A DNA stretch of 64,000 bases from Basidiobolus meristosporus CBS 931.73 (lineage: Eukaryota; Fungi; Basidiobolomycota): contig MCFE01000438.1 in NCBI GenBank assembly GCA_002104905.1, forward strand, positions 11,123 to 75,122, read 5' to 3'. Made by a program: the position numbers and the translations under genes. Shown one piece after another: positions 63,364 through 64,000 of the stretch (position 1 is the first letter of the stretch; each line of letters starts with the position of its first letter). The notes below the pieces were generated by a model that was not told where the DNA came from, did not search any database, and saw nothing but the letters and a program-made list of their open reading frames with translations.

Positions 63364-64000
63364 TGTTATGATCTGCCGCTTGAATGTTTAAGTTAGATCA
63401 GTTTTTAGTCAAATCAGTTAGTATATGTTTAGGTTATCAGTACATCAGTATTATCTATGAAATCAGTAGCATTAGTCAGCAAATGAATCAGCAGATCCTT
63501 ATCAGACAGAAATAGATATATTAAGTAGGATCCTATTGGGTGATGATGATGCAATCAAATGAGTCATCAGCCACAACCTACATTAGGAAATACAATTAGT
63601 CAGCAATTGATCTGGCAAAATGTATATAAGGAGCTGCTGGAACCTCAATAAAAATCAGTTCAAGTTTTAGTGAATACAATACTAGCTAAACTCCCTATTC
63701 CTCTACAACTCTTATACCAAGACTTGTAACATTTTAGGCCCAAAACAAGCTGATTTTTCACCAATTGGCTCATTTTCTGTTCCCCTATGTGTCCTAGCCT
63801 CCTATGCCACGTCTCCCAGTTGGTTTCATCAGTTTCAGCAATGTTGACATACTCAGGTACAATGATCTTGCATTGTAACTTGTATATATTGTGATCTCTG
63901 ATTCCCAAAGCTAATTTTTGTCCATTTTCACTCAATATTGAGCAGCTCAGCTTAGTAAAAACAAATTTCAGTCCCTGAGTAGTTGCTTTACTGACTGAGA

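Larger units (their letters stand above)
58794..63731 (+). mobile_element. Full-length Ty3/gypsy LTR retrotransposon (4938 bp)
   Basis: 368-bp LTRs at 58794-59161 and 63364-63731, identical by eye with TG...CA ends. PBS TGGTAGCAGCG (tRNA-iMet-like), PPT TAGTAGGGGAGAA, 4-bp TSD TTTT. Confidence 0.97.
55835..64000 (-). mobile_element. Young Ty1/copia element, family B (3' LTR 55835-56203; 5' part beyond the window), interrupted by gypsy
   Basis: Pol is nearly intact: WHRRLGH (63660-63935), [72 protein letters not shown]. Two nonsense codons (58346-58348, 56348-56350). PPT GAGGGGGAG adjacent to the LTR. Confidence 0.95.

Noticed and set aside
1-64000. rRNA, tRNA, snRNA genes, CRISPR arrays, telomeric repeats
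   Set aside because: No recognisable signatures seen by eye; tRNAscan/Infernal would be needed to exclude small RNAs.

Overview
Eukaryotic, almost certainly fungal DNA with short GT-AG introns. The gene set and style suggest an early-diverging lineage such as Zoopagomycota/Basidiobolus-like fungi (inference). The window has two halves. (1) 1-~17 kb is CpG-rich and genic: a SPRY+RING E3 ligase (5' truncated), a secreted insect-type CE4 chitin deacetylase, CDC27/APC3, an alpha-arrestin, a 1369-aa secreted Gly-rich silk-like repeat protein and one or two uncharacterised spliced genes. (2) ~17-64 kb is a gene-free, strongly CpG-depleted block of nested transposons. It holds three copies of a two-gene PIF/Harbinger-superfamily (PHIS) DNA transposon with AGACTTGTTCC TIRs and ANT target duplications, CACTA-like transposase relics and several Copia families. 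It also holds a family of large LTRs whose four insertions all sit on NCGN tetramers, and an intact Ty3/gypsy element with identical LTRs that interrupts a young Copia in frame. All coordinates, alignments and counts were done by eye; no database searches were run.
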